DNA of 64,000 bases from Octopus bimaculoides (lineage: Eukaryota), in contig NC_068990.1 of the NCBI RefSeq assembly GCF_001194135.2, forward strand, positions 92,654,117 to 92,718,116, in the 5' to 3' direction. Position numbers and translations under genes: made by a program. The notes under the pieces are model-generated. The model did not search any database, was not told the origin of the DNA, and was given only the letters and a program-made list of their open reading frames with translations. The first letter of the stretch is position 1; each line of letters starts with the position of its first letter. Below, piece by piece: positions 42,355-54,073 of this stretch.

Positions 42355-42630
42355 GGTGTGAGAAAATGGTTAAGCAATAGTTATTCTAGATAAGATATGA
42401 AATAGAGTGAAGTGGAGGAATGAAAATAGATGTGAGATATGCAGGGATATTGTTTAGGCAGAATGGTATACATATAAGATTCCAATACCTTGTGAGTAAA
42501 ATCCAATAGTATCTAAATAATGGATCTACAAATGCAATATCCCTGCATATCTCGCATCTATTTTCATTCCTCCACTTCTCTATTTCGTATCTTATCTAAA
42601 TTAACTATTGCTAAACCATTTTCTCACACC

Positions 42631-42678
42631 GTCTCTGATTAAAGGATATAATAAATATCCTGGAAACAGCTGTAAGAC
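42631..42678 (+). ncRNA. Hammerhead-like motif (family C), right arm, core mutated
   Basis: gtct-CTGATTA-a-aggatat-aataa-atatcct-g-GAAA-cagctg-TA-agac. G8 is changed to T (probably inactive). Stem III is the perfect palindrome ACAGCTGT. Confidence 0.55.
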
Positions 42679-42912
42679 CCTCTATTTATAAATGTTCTAA
42701 AATCTTCACAACCTTGGTTTTTTATCTTCTTCTGAAAAAAAAAAAATTTTTTTATATATACACACACTGATATATGACCTACGTTGAACTCCTTATTCGC
42801 ATAATCACCAAGCCTGGAGCTTAACTATAGTCTATCCATAGCACTTACTCAGCATTACCTGACACCTTTGGGTCTTACTGGCACCATTACCTCTCATAAC
42901 ATTATATATATT

Positions 42913-42943
<31 letters not shown>

Positions 42944-43904
42944 AAGATGTATGCATATATATTTTATATCCACCAGTCTACATCATTTCTGCTATTTTTG
43001 TTTCCTCATGCTTGCACTGCTAGTTGGATGTTGTTAGTGATTAGATCTTCCCCAATGTTACAAATCTTCCATTCCCATGAGAAAGAAAGGAATGAATGTA
43101 TAGAGATGGCACAGAGCAATGGAGAGGACTCTTGTTGGGGACAAGACAACTTCTGTAGTGCTGGTGCCAAGATAAAATGCACCAAACAGATTGTAAAGTG
43201 GCTTTGATGGTAGGAGGGACATCGAACCACAGAAAGCATGGAAAATTTGAGTGAGAAACATTACCTGCCAAGAAGGGCAATAACTCCTAATAAGAATTGT
43301 GATGGTGATGACTTGTTCAATTCCTATCAACAAGAGATGATAGGAATGGTTGTGTGGCTAAGAAGTTCACTTTGCAACACATGGTTTCTGGTTCAATCTG
43401 ACAATGTACCTTAGGCAAGTGTTTTCTAACCGATGCCTTGCAAGTAGAACTGGGTAATGAAAACTGTATAGAAGCCATTTTGTGTATCTATGAAATATGT
43501 GTGCATGGTATCCTTTTTCTATTCTTCACATGAGACTATCAGTGCAAAAACAGTGATGTTGTGCTTATATTTCCAGTGAATATTAGGTCTGGTAATTTTG
43601 CCCTCTCAAAGTAATGAAATAAAAATTCTCTTATTTGCAAGGTTGACAACGGGAAGAGCATCCAGCCATAAAATACTGCTTGAAATGAGCACCTGTTCAA
43701 CTTCACCAATGCATAGGAAGAAACAGACATAAAATGAACAAATGGATAAACATACAATGAATATACCTATGTACAGTGAGTTGGCTGAATCATTCGAATA
43801 TTGGCTATACTGTCTTGTGGTCTGAGGTTCAAACCCAGTTGAAGTCAACTTCATTCTTTCCAGATTAATAATTGAAATAACAATACAAGACAGATTGGTG
43901 GAAA

Positions 43905-44990
43905 TGGTCCCATGGAAATTCTCCAAAGTGAAGGTATCCAGGACCCTTGCTACAGCCACCTCTATCTTCTCAATGTATTCAAAACAACTGCCCCCCTTCA
44001 GGTTCTTCAACTTGGGAAAAAGTCACAGGAGCAAGTTCTGGATTGTACGGTGGGTGATGGACAGTTTTGATGCCCACCTCTGTCAAGTAGTTGGTTACTA
44101 TGATGGAATTGTGGATTATTGCATTGTCCTGGTACAGGCACCACCAACCCAAGTGGAAGAGCTTGGGCCTTTTGTAATGAAATCTCTTCCTAAAGTCTCT
44201 CAAAACCTCCACAAAGTACTCTTTGTTGACCATCTGGCCAGAGGGAACTTGGCAGATATAGATGATATCCTTTCTGTTAAAAAAGGAACCATCATGAGCC
44301 TTCGGTGGACTTGCTTTGCCTGGCCTTCTTGGGTCTGGGTGAGCCAAGATGCTTCCAGTGGGCACTCTGTCTCTAGCTCATAACAGTAGATGCTGCTTTC
44401 ATCACAGGTCACCAGAGACTCAAGTACTTGTGGATTTGAGATAAGCTCAACCAGCTCTCTACTGTCACCAATGCTTCTTTCCTTCTGTTCATCACTGAGC
44501 ACCCTCAGAACAAACTTTGCACATATTCAGACCTTCATGAATAATTGTGTGTCCAGTTGCCACACCAGCTCCAAACTGTATTGTCCTTATAGACACACAG
44601 CAGTCTTCATGCAGGAAATTGCAAATTTTCTCAACCAGCTCTGATGTCCCCCCACCTCTCATTTCCTTTCTACCATTCTTGAACCGCTTCTGCCAGTGAA
44701 AAACTTATGCTCAGCTCACACAAGTTAATCCATAAGCAATCTGAAGTATTTTGTAAGTTTCTGCCCAGCTTAACACAAAACTATACAGCATTGCAAGCTT
44801 CCAAATTGTGTTCATATCTTGACAGCATTCTGCAAACCGGTCAGCTGTGACAAGCAGTGTTTAGAAGGATGGGTTCAAAGCACAGCCATCTCATTCAATA
44901 TGGAATCGTAAAAGTTGGCAGGTCAGCTTATTAGATGTATACTAGTGATATACCAAAATTACAATAATCTAAGACAGTTATATCTGCCTC
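43905..44990 (-). mobile_element. Decayed mariner (Tc1/mariner) transposase; end coordinates approximate
   Basis: Frameshifted pieces: VLSDEQKERSIGDSRELV..LVTCDESSIYCYELET; FFNRKDIIYICQVPSGQMVNKEYFVEVL; LYQDNAIIHNS; HHPPYNPELAP (TxDE / HDNA / YSPDLAP equivalents). TIRs not resolved. Confidence 0.82.
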
Positions 44991-45256
44991 TCCTAAAAAA
45001 AAATTCTCAAACCATCTGGAATGCGCTGTGTGTGTGTGTATGTATGTATATATATATATAAATAAAAGTGAATAGTTGAAAGAAAGTAACGCTAGAAATT
45101 ACATGTATTTAATAGCATTTTGACTCAGTTTCACTTAAAGTTTCGAGAGTGCATGGGATATGTCCACCTCATATGTTCAGAACAATTGATAAGGTGGACA
45201 TGTCCTATATGCCCTCGAACTTTACGAACTTTAAATAATGTGGAGTTAAGTCAAAG

Positions 45257-45353
<97 letters not shown>

Positions 45354-47112
45354 CTGGATGAATGAAACCAACTCTATTAAACTTAATTTTCCATCTCAAA
45401 GACTTGATATATTTAACAATGTTAGCAATTCAGATTTATTTTGAATCATACAAAAACAATTTCTTTGGGAAATGTTAAAACAGTGAAATATATATATATA
45501 TATAAAAAGGGGAAAGAAGATGAGGAGGGGTTAGAGTCAATGTAAGAAAAAAAAAACTGTTATCCACAGTGAAGTACAAAAGAAAACACTAGTTTAAACA
45601 GTATAACAAAATTAGAGTTGAGATTTTATCATACAACGAGTTTGTGGTTTTTAATAATTTTGTTGGATTTCAAAAATTAAAAAGAATATTTAAAATGGTG
45701 TGTAGATACACACTAGGAGACAAATTTGTCAAAATACTAAATCACAGTTTTATTCCTTTCTTCAAAGACTCTGGTATGAATTTGTCTTTTCAAAGACCTT
45801 ATTTATAAAACTTCTATTATAAAGCTTCTTTTTTATTTTATTTTTTATTACCAAATATCCTACTACAAGCAGAGAAATGGCCCTTTTTTTTTTTCTTTCA
45901 ACCACATGGCATATAAAACAGTAGAGCAAGGTCAGCTCTCTCTTGTAAAGATCTTGATATTGTGAGCTCTAGCATTCAATATCTTCATGATTTAAGTAAA
46001 TTTAATAGTCTGAAATATTTTACCTTCAACTTTCTTTTACTCAGCAGAAAACTTAAGGTAAAAATATTTTTAAAAAATGTGTATTCAGAAAAATTTAATT
46101 ATTATTTTGTTTTTGTTTTTTTTCCGTTTTTTTTTTTTGTTAAAAAGTCATAAAACATTTCATGGTATGAGTGTCAAAGTCGGTTTGTAATGTAAAGTAC
46201 TGTTTATATATATATATGTGTGAAATATCCACCCAATAAATGTTATTCATTAATTAACCAATTAAATTAATAAAGGAGTTAGATCTTCATAATCGGCTGT
46301 AACTGTGTGTTCAAGCTACTGAGTAGAAGCTAATAAAAATCAGCAAATTTGAAAAATTCAGAAATAAAACCATATTCTAGATTGTTAAAAAAGTTACAGG
46401 ATTATAAATTTCTCAACTCTGAATCATTGACAAAACAGAAAATGTCGATAATTTATTGAGTGCTCATTTAGCTGAGTTAGAGAAGAAAACCATAAAATAA
46501 AAGATCTGTCAGGAGCAGCATAGTATTATATTTGTAACTTAATGGGAAAAGATGTGGCATTGCAGAAGACAAGAAAACTAAAATACACATCTAATTAAAT
46601 TAATTAGATATTACTTATATAATTAAATTGATTAGATAACTTAGAGTAATTTTCATTTCTATCCCCATGAAAAACCACAACTTCATCTTTCTGAACTGAG
46701 CAATACGTTGACACATAAAGAATGAAGGATTAAATGGTCATTAAAACAATGATAATACAAATTGGAATTCTACAATTAAATATTATCTTCACTTAAATTT
46801 CAGCTTTGTCTCTGCAAATAGGGATCGACACAATCAACAACATTGTTGGGTAGAAGCTTAAAGTGAACAACAGATGATGGGTGGCGGCAGTTGTATCATG
46901 AACAGAATTAGAACAGATAAAAGTGCAGCTAAGAACATACATTGTTGTTTTGCTATTAATCTTAAGTAATAATGTTCACTAATATTACTAATTAATCAAT
47001 ATGAATCTTAACTTTAATACTCATTCAATCATTATCAACATGGATCATTAAAGAATTGAACCTAACGATTATTAATCTCAAAATCACTTTGTTACAGTCT
47101 AATATCTCTCTT

Positions 47113-47145
<33 letters not shown>

Positions 47146-48309
47146 GATGTCATATGATATGTTAGCTGGAATAGGGAAACCATCCAAATTTGAAATTAGT
47201 TAAATGTTCTCAGACTCCCATAAATGTGAAAAGGTTTGTTTATAATCATAGTAAAATGGTGTATTTCACGGTTTCAAGACACACCAATCATCAGTCTTTC
47301 ACTTTCATCATATTTCAGCTTCTATTCTTTATATCACACATACATAACATGCAAGAACGAAAAGAAAATCATTTTGTTTTTGAACATTGTTTGCTAACAA
47401 CTAACAAATACTTCTCTCTTCCTGTCTTGAAAGAGTCTATGAACAGATTATTCCATATATATTTTAATCCCGCCTCCACCATATCTATATTGTCTGTGGC
47501 ATCTGCTGTGATGGTTCACTGTTCTAAGGAAATTGTATTAAAACAAATGCACCAAGTGAATAATATGGAAGTTCCTTTTACTGTATCTAATTTATCAAAT
47601 GAAATATCACAAACAGAATGTAACAATTAAAATAACAGATAATTATTAAAACTATATATATATATGTAGGTCATTCTTAAATTTCATTAAACTGTCTACA
47701 ATCATAGCTGCTAAATGAATTAGATTCTAAGATGTTCCCCATTAAAATAATGTAAAAACATGTTAGGACGATTGTTTCTCTTTTCTGTCTCAAACTGGTT
47801 CTTATGAAGTTTATCATTTCAATAGATAATTCATTCATAACTTGTTTCATGGGATCATTCCTTGTCGTAAACATTGAATTGCACCATAAGCTACCTTGCT
47901 GTATTGGACATTCATTTCTCTCAGCTCATTTTTGCGTAAATTATGCAAATTACCAAGGCTATAAACATGTTCTATTCTTTTTGTGTATAAATACCTTTGG
48001 CTGCTGGAGATAAAGTCTGGCAATTCTCATATTGATGACAGCTACTGAGACAGAAACATGCATCCATCTTCAGACAATAAGCCTCTTCTTCTTTAATGGT
48101 CTGTCGACTTTGGAGGAATCTTGAGTTTTGAGATTATCTCCCCCTCCCCATTTGGAACTAGTCTTAATTGCCATTTGGTAATTATAATGCATACTCGAGA
48201 GGCAGACGTAATTTTCATAAATCAAGAATTTATCTTATTTGACATGCTTGTATTTATTTCTGTTATATATACATCTAAATTAGGATAAAATTTTCAAAAA
48301 GCTTTTATC

Positions 48310-48540
48310 ATTCCTATGCCAAATATGCTGAGAAATAGACTTTAAATTATCAATAACCACATATAATTCATCACTAAAAGAATTCTTTATGAATTAGCTC
48401 AGAAATCCAACCGATTCCGTAATAATGGAATTTAAAAAAAATTTCTGTCAGCTTGCTTCAAGACGCATACTTTTAGTGATGAATTATATGTGGTTATTGA
48501 CAATTAAAAGTCTATTTCTTGCCATATTTGGCATAGGAAT
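48310..48540. repeat. Inverted repeat (71-bp arms, about 89-bp spacer)
   Basis: attcctatgccaaatatg...catcactaaaag versus cttttagtgatg...catatttggcataggaat. Confidence 0.85.
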
Positions 48541-48569
48541 TTTTTTCTTTTGCCCTTATTTATAAGATA

Positions 48570-48880
48570 TCATCATCATCATCGTTTAACGTCCGCTTTC
48601 CATGCTAGCATGGGTTGGACGATTTGACTGAGGACTGGTGAAACTGGATGGCAACACCAGGCTCCAATCTAATTTGGCAGAGTTTCTACAGCTGGATGCC
48701 CTTCCTAACGCCAACCACTCAGAGAGTGTAGTGGGTGCTTTTACGTGTCACCCGCACGAAAACGGCCACGCTCGAAATGGTGTCTTTTATGTGCCACCCG
48801 CATAAGCCAGTCCAGGGGCACTGGCAACGATCTCACTCGAAAATCCTACGGGAGCCAGTCAGGCGGTACTGGCAACGGCC
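48570..48880 (-). mobile_element. RTE-tail repeat (family 2), short copy
   Basis: catcatcgtttaacgtccgctttccatgctagcatgggttggacg... is essentially the same as the 3' tail at 54073-54263. Other copies at about 4180-4350(+), 26290-26410(+), 39230-39430(+), 41690-41925(+) and 58235-58440(-). Confidence 0.85.
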
Positions 48881-50246
48881 AATATATATATATAGGTAGA
48901 TGGAGTTTATCTTGTAGAGATAAAATTAGCTCAAAATTTCAAAAATAGTAACGAAAAAAATTGATTTAAGTGCCTAATTTGAGAGAGAGTGGGGCATGTT
49001 AGTGTATATTATATAGTGTTAGATACTTGGTTCATATCCCAGCAATGGACCTGTTGCTCTTTTCTGTCTCAAACTGGTTCTTATATTGGTCTAATATACT
49101 TCTTCACTGCTGTTACCATGGACTCATAAAGCTAATCAATGATAAGGCTTGACTGATTTCAGTTTGAGCATCAATAAATATCCAAGTTCAGCCAGAAATA
49201 ATTTACGAATTCTTAGCAATGGAAACAAATATTTCTTTTTTATACAAAACATACGTAAATTATTGAGATGGTGCACATGGTGATTTCATTTTGCTTGAAA
49301 GAATTATAGAATCCATTGAGACATATTCATTCTTTGTTCTATATACTTACTCATATATAGCAAGTCTCTACTTCTTCAATTGCTACAGCAGTCCATTGTG
49401 TCCAAATGCCTCCTGAACATTGTTGTGAGACCATGATGTTAATGAAACAACAGTTATTAAACATACACATAGGTTTTTCTATGGAAATGTGATTCTTACA
49501 TATTGAATAATAATAATAATAATACTGATGTGATACAAGAATTATTTAAACAAGTGTAGGAATGAACATAGAGACATCACTGATGTTGTTATCTGTCGTT
49601 CTTTCTAGTACATATATATGTGTGTGTGTTGCTGATTATGTCTTTGTTAGTACAATTGGGAAAACATTATCCATAACTGAATTTTTCAGAACATGTAATT
49701 AGACACAAATGAAAAGATGTGTGCGTATGTATGTATGTATATATGTGGACATATATTCACACATACATTCAGACACACAAATGGAAATATATATGTATGT
49801 TTTTGAAAAACAAAGATAAAAATGTTCATTTGTAGTAGAAATAATAAAGCCCAAAGTTTTAAAAAGAATGTGTGGATTATTGGATATTATACAATGATGT
49901 CATATCACAGACATCTAAAGAGAAACATTTTTCTCTTTATATTATAAAAAAAGTTTTCCCTGTCTTTTTAATAGAGGGGAGGGGGTTCTTGTTATTGTTT
50001 AATTTTTGTTGTTTTTAATTTTACTTTATAGTTTATACACAGGTTCTAATAAGTAAAATACTGTGAAATGTTAGTATTTTTCAAAACTTTCAGTCTTTTC
50101 TCTGTTTTCATTGAGTAGGCAATTAATTCCTTGGGATGAAATGATGTCAACACGGATTTGACAAAGTATTAAGATAAAACGAAGAAGGAGTGGAGGAGAG
50201 GGGCAGAAATCTTGATTAAAAAGGGTGGGGGGGGTGTTTGCCAGCC

Positions 50247-50455
50247 TTATCGTTTTTTCTTCCTGTCTTTCTTTTCTTTGATTTTCTCCGTCTCCGATTG
50301 GTATTTCTTGTAGAGAGTGTAGCCCACATACACTACTAGTGCGGGAATGGTAAAAAACTGCAGCAGTTGAAAGAAACGTTTCTCAACTTCTGGGGTCTTT
50401 GGTTTAGATTTGATCACTTTTACTAACAAAGTTTCAAAGCTCAGAGTGGCATCCG
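50247..50455 (-). CDS. FKBP11: FKBP11-like PPIase terminal exon (end of FKBP domain, TM helix, Lys-rich tail)
   Basis: Minus strand ttccag acceptor. Reads DATLSFETLLVKVIKSKPKTPEVEKRFFQLLQFFTIPALVVYVGYTLYKKYQSETEKIKEKKDRKKKR*. A single FKBP domain plus C-terminal TM (PALxxxxGYxLYxK) and basic tail with KKxx is the FKBP11/FKBP19 architecture. Confidence 0.9.
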
Positions 50456-50769
50456 CTGGAATTGGAAGATAAAAATAAATTCTTGATTAATCAATTCAAA
50501 TAAAATTTAGTGACTGGAAAAGAAAAAAAAAAGTTTCAAAACCATATTTAAAATGTAAATGCAGTCGATACATAAATCTGTAGAAATAAAAGTTCCAGCG
50601 TTCCTTATGCGGTTATTATCAGATTCTTAAAAGGCTTCCTTTCCATAACTCCTACTACTGGAATAAAGCCCCCACTTACCCCCAATACTCAACCTCCCAT
50701 CATTAACGTACTGTCAACTATATTCGCCAAAGAGAGCAGGGTTTTTCTCCAGAACAACATGTTATCAGT

Positions 50770-51240
50770 TGTCATGGAACCACTTGTCTTTCTTGTGAGA
50801 TTCATCATCTTGAGATTAGTCTTTCATCTCTTTGTCCCATGTCTTCCACACATGCCATCTACTTTGATCACTCAGCACCATTTTATGAAGTTGTCATCAG
50901 CCATACACATCATATGACCCTATCAACACAGTCTTCTTCTGTCTTCCTTTTCTGTCATTTTATCTCTTAGGTCATTCACACACACCCACAATTAGGTCAC
51001 CAAAGTAGCAAAAACTATTGACTACTTGTAGGGAGCCTCTTCTGAGCAATTGAAAGAATCTAGTTTCAGGACATATTCCTTGCTTAATCCTCCTGCACAT
51101 ATGAAGGCTGCCTTTGTTGTTAGCCCATCTCTGATGGCCAATACATCTCTTGCTCAGCCATTGTTTATATTGAGCACACTGTACAGAATTTCTACTTACT
51201 CTCTACTTACATACTGAGCACAGCCATTTCTATGTTGGCA
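50770..51240 (-). mobile_element. Old, heavily decayed RTE-like 3' fragment
   Basis: Minus strand gives GHMMCMADDNFIKWC.VIKVDGMCGR..., similar to the RTE C-terminus seen at 54.6k. Confidence 0.5.
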
Positions 51241-51250
51241 CTACACTCCA

Positions 51251-51655
51251 ATTATTTACATTCGATGGATATTTGTCCTCATCTTGTTTGTTGTTAACAC
51301 AACGTTTCGACTGATATACCCTCCATCAGGTGTCTTGGGGAAATTTCGAACCTGGGTTCTCATTCCTGAGGTATTTTTCGATATTATTATTATTATTCAG
51401 GTCACTGCCTGGAATCGAACTAACCCCAAGATTCCAAGTTCGATTCCAGGCAGTGATCTGAATAATAATAATAATAACAACATCGAAAAATACCTTAGGA
51501 ATGAGAACCCAGGTTCGAAGTTTCCCCAGGACACCTGATGAAGGCTGGAGGGTATATCAGCCGAAATGTTGTGTTAACAACAAACAAGATGAGGACAAAT
51601 ATCTGTTAAATGTAAATAATGTGCATAATTCCTCATCTCTTAAAATATAGAACAG
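51251..51655. mobile_element. Palindromic insertion of PLE-type repeat family A (in FKBP11 last intron)
   Basis: About 170-180 bp inverted arms (51251-51421 / 51436-51620) around a short loop. The right arm runs on to tatagaac. Same family as 25610-25866 and 53110-53166. Confidence 0.8.
51531..51574 (+). ncRNA. Minimal type-I hammerhead ribozyme (family A)
   Basis: acac-CTGATGA-a-ggctg-gagggtatat-cagcc-GAAA-tg-TT-gtgt. Stem I acac/gtgt, stem II ggctg/cagcc, extra A after A9. Stem III is ATGT here but the palindrome ACGT in sister copies at about 25771 (+) and about 51302 (-). Confidence 0.72.
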
Positions 51656-51850
51656 TGAACTCCAAGGCTAGCTCCTACCTTTTCCAATCCCCTAAATCTT
51701 TTTTTTTCTCTAAAGGAATCTTTCCTACTCTACGGAAACACACCAAGGTGGAGACACAGCAGACTTGATAAACATATGCTAACAAGAAAAAAAGAGGATA
51801 ACTGATGCTGAAACCAAGAATATATTTTATATATATAAGCTGAAACTCAC

Positions 51851-51921
51851 GTGGTATAACTGGAGGTCGGCCAGACTTGCCATAAGCTAAATGTGGTGGT
51901 ATTACTAATTTTCTTTTTTCT
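51851..51921 (-). CDS. FKBP11: FKBP11-like PPIase exon (71 bp)
   Basis: Minus strand atttacag / gtgagt. Reads EKRKLVIPPHLAYGKSGRPPVIP(P), the classic FKBP EKRKLxIPxxLAYG motif. Confidence 0.95.
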
Positions 51922-52489
51922 CTGTAAATAATAAAAATCTTTAATTTTATTTGTCTGAAAATATATTTAATTTCAGTTTGTGTGTTATTAACCCTTTTGT
52001 TACCATCTATCTGTTGGAATACTCTGCCATTTGTTGTAATCAATTTTGAAAATTATGAAGAATATAGTTATATAATTTTATCATTATTAAGTTGGTGGTT
52101 AGAACTTAAATTAAGCATGAAATGTTAATGGAACATTTTAAATTTAGTTCACTTTAAAACAAAAATTTGTATAATAGAACTAAAAATGGTCTTGGAAAGG
52201 TTGGAACCAAAAGGGTTAAACTAAAATTAATTGCAAAATGATAGAGTCAATATTGCAATTTAACACACATATGTCTTTCTTTAAATGATTAAGTTCCAAG
52301 GAAAAAAAAATAACAAATTCTACCCCAAACAACAAATACAAAAACGAACTGACCAGTTCCTCAGGATCCTGGTCAGTTTTGCAAAAACACAGTACAATGT
52401 TTTTTGTAACTGGCTTTTTAAGAAACTTACAAGCAATCTGATGGGTATCTTGCCAATACTAAAACAATAATAATAATGATTAGTCTTTC

Positions 52490-52915
52490 GAATTTTGGTA
52501 GAAAGTCAGAAGTTTTGAAGTGGGGATGGGGTAAATCAATTAAATCAACCCCAGTACTTTATTTTATTGACTCAGAGGGTGAAAAAGAATGCTGATCCTG
52601 GTAGGATTTGAACCCAGAACCAGAAGAAATACTAAGCATTTTTCTTTTTAGTGATGCACTAACAATTCAACCAGCTTGCCACCTTAATAATAATAATTCC
52701 TTCAACTCGAGGTACAAGGCTTGAACTTTTAATAGGAGAGGCTAGTTCATTACATCAACCCCAGTACATAACTGGTACTTGTTTTATTGACCCCGAAAGG
52801 ATGAAAGGCAAAGTCGACCTCAGCAGAATTTGAACTCAGAACATAGACGGATGAAATACCACAGAGCATTTTGTCCAGCATGCTAACAATTCTGCAGGCT
52901 CACCGTCTTAATAAT
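52490..52915 (-). mobile_element. Two tandem SINE family 1 copies in FKBP11 intron
   Basis: Two successive copies (about 52490-52686 and 52700-52910) separated by (TAA)n, each with attgacc..aaagg.tgaaagg..aagt.gac and ttgaac.cagaac. Confidence 0.75.
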
Positions 52916-53109
52916 AATAATAATAATAATTCTTTCTAATTTAGACACTCCTTGACTTTCCAGGCTCTGGACCAATATCCTGCCTGAACTAACTCTCTTC
53001 TAGAGCCTGTATGAGACACACACAAGGATATAAGCCATTTGATCATCATCTTTTAACATCTCTGTTCTATGGTGGTATGAGTTGAACAGTTTGATAGGAT
53101 CCAACAGAT

Positions 53110-53166
53110 CTGAGGACAAATATCCGTCAAATGTAAATAATTCTTCATCTCTTAAAATATAGAACT
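53110..53166 (+). mobile_element. 3'-terminal remnant of repeat family A
   Basis: gaggacaaatatccgtcaaatgtaaataattcttcatctcttaaaatatagaactg matches the 3' ends of the 25.8k and 51.6k copies. Confidence 0.7.
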
Positions 53167-54042
53167 GAACCAGCATGGAGCTGAAAAAAAAGCAAGAGTT
53201 GAAATGTCAGGGTGAATGTTCAAGGTGTGAGGTGAATGGGAGTGGGCGGAGTCAGAAGAACAAGGTGTGTGGATGGATGGATGTTGAAAGAATGTAGAGG
53301 AAGATGATTATCTTCAATAACTTCAACTGTCTGTTTTATCACAATTGGAAAGATTCATTTCAACATGGCAAAAATAACAAATATAAATGTTAGTTTTTTT
53401 CTCACTATTCAAAGATGTTGTATTTCTTCATATGTTAAGTAGAGTGAGTTAAGTGCCTTGGATAGAGACACAATGGAATTATAATCATATGAACCAGAAA
53501 TATAAGCCATCATCATCATCATCAACCAAGACAAACCAAAATTGGTACCCCAACAAACACTCTCTCACAGCTCTGGGATCAATCAATCAATCAGCAACCC
53601 AATCAATTAAACAATGCATAGAGAAAAATAAATTGATTGGTAGAGAAGTGTTCAGCAATTGAATGAAATAAATAAATAAATAAAGTAATAGAATAATTTG
53701 GTGAAGCAGTCAGGGAGACTCCATTATTATTTGATTTTTTTTTCTTTTAACGCTGTCTTCAATAAGAAGAGCTTAAAATTGATCAGGGGAAAAATTCATT
53801 TTAAGAAGCACAAATATTTTACAGTTGGTTGATTCTTCTGAGTAGAAATCAGTCAATAAAAATTATTTCACTTTATGAAATTTGGCCAAATCTTCTCAGT
53901 TACTGTCATGGATAAAATTGGGATTGGTGTTATGATAATGAAGACATTGCAACAGAATGTTGTCTGCTTTATGGTATGCAGCTATCTAGTCTGCATCCTG
54001 TTATGTAGACAATATTAGACTTGTCCATGTAATGTGTGTGCG

Positions 54043-54072
<30 letters not shown>

Positions 54073-54073
<1 letters not shown>

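Larger units (their letters stand above)
42243..42740. repeat. Long inverted repeat (about 210-bp arms, about 80-bp spacer), family C
   Basis: 42243-42452 is the reverse complement of 42535-42740 with scattered substitutions and small indels. Each arm carries a hammerhead-like motif. Confidence 0.9.
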
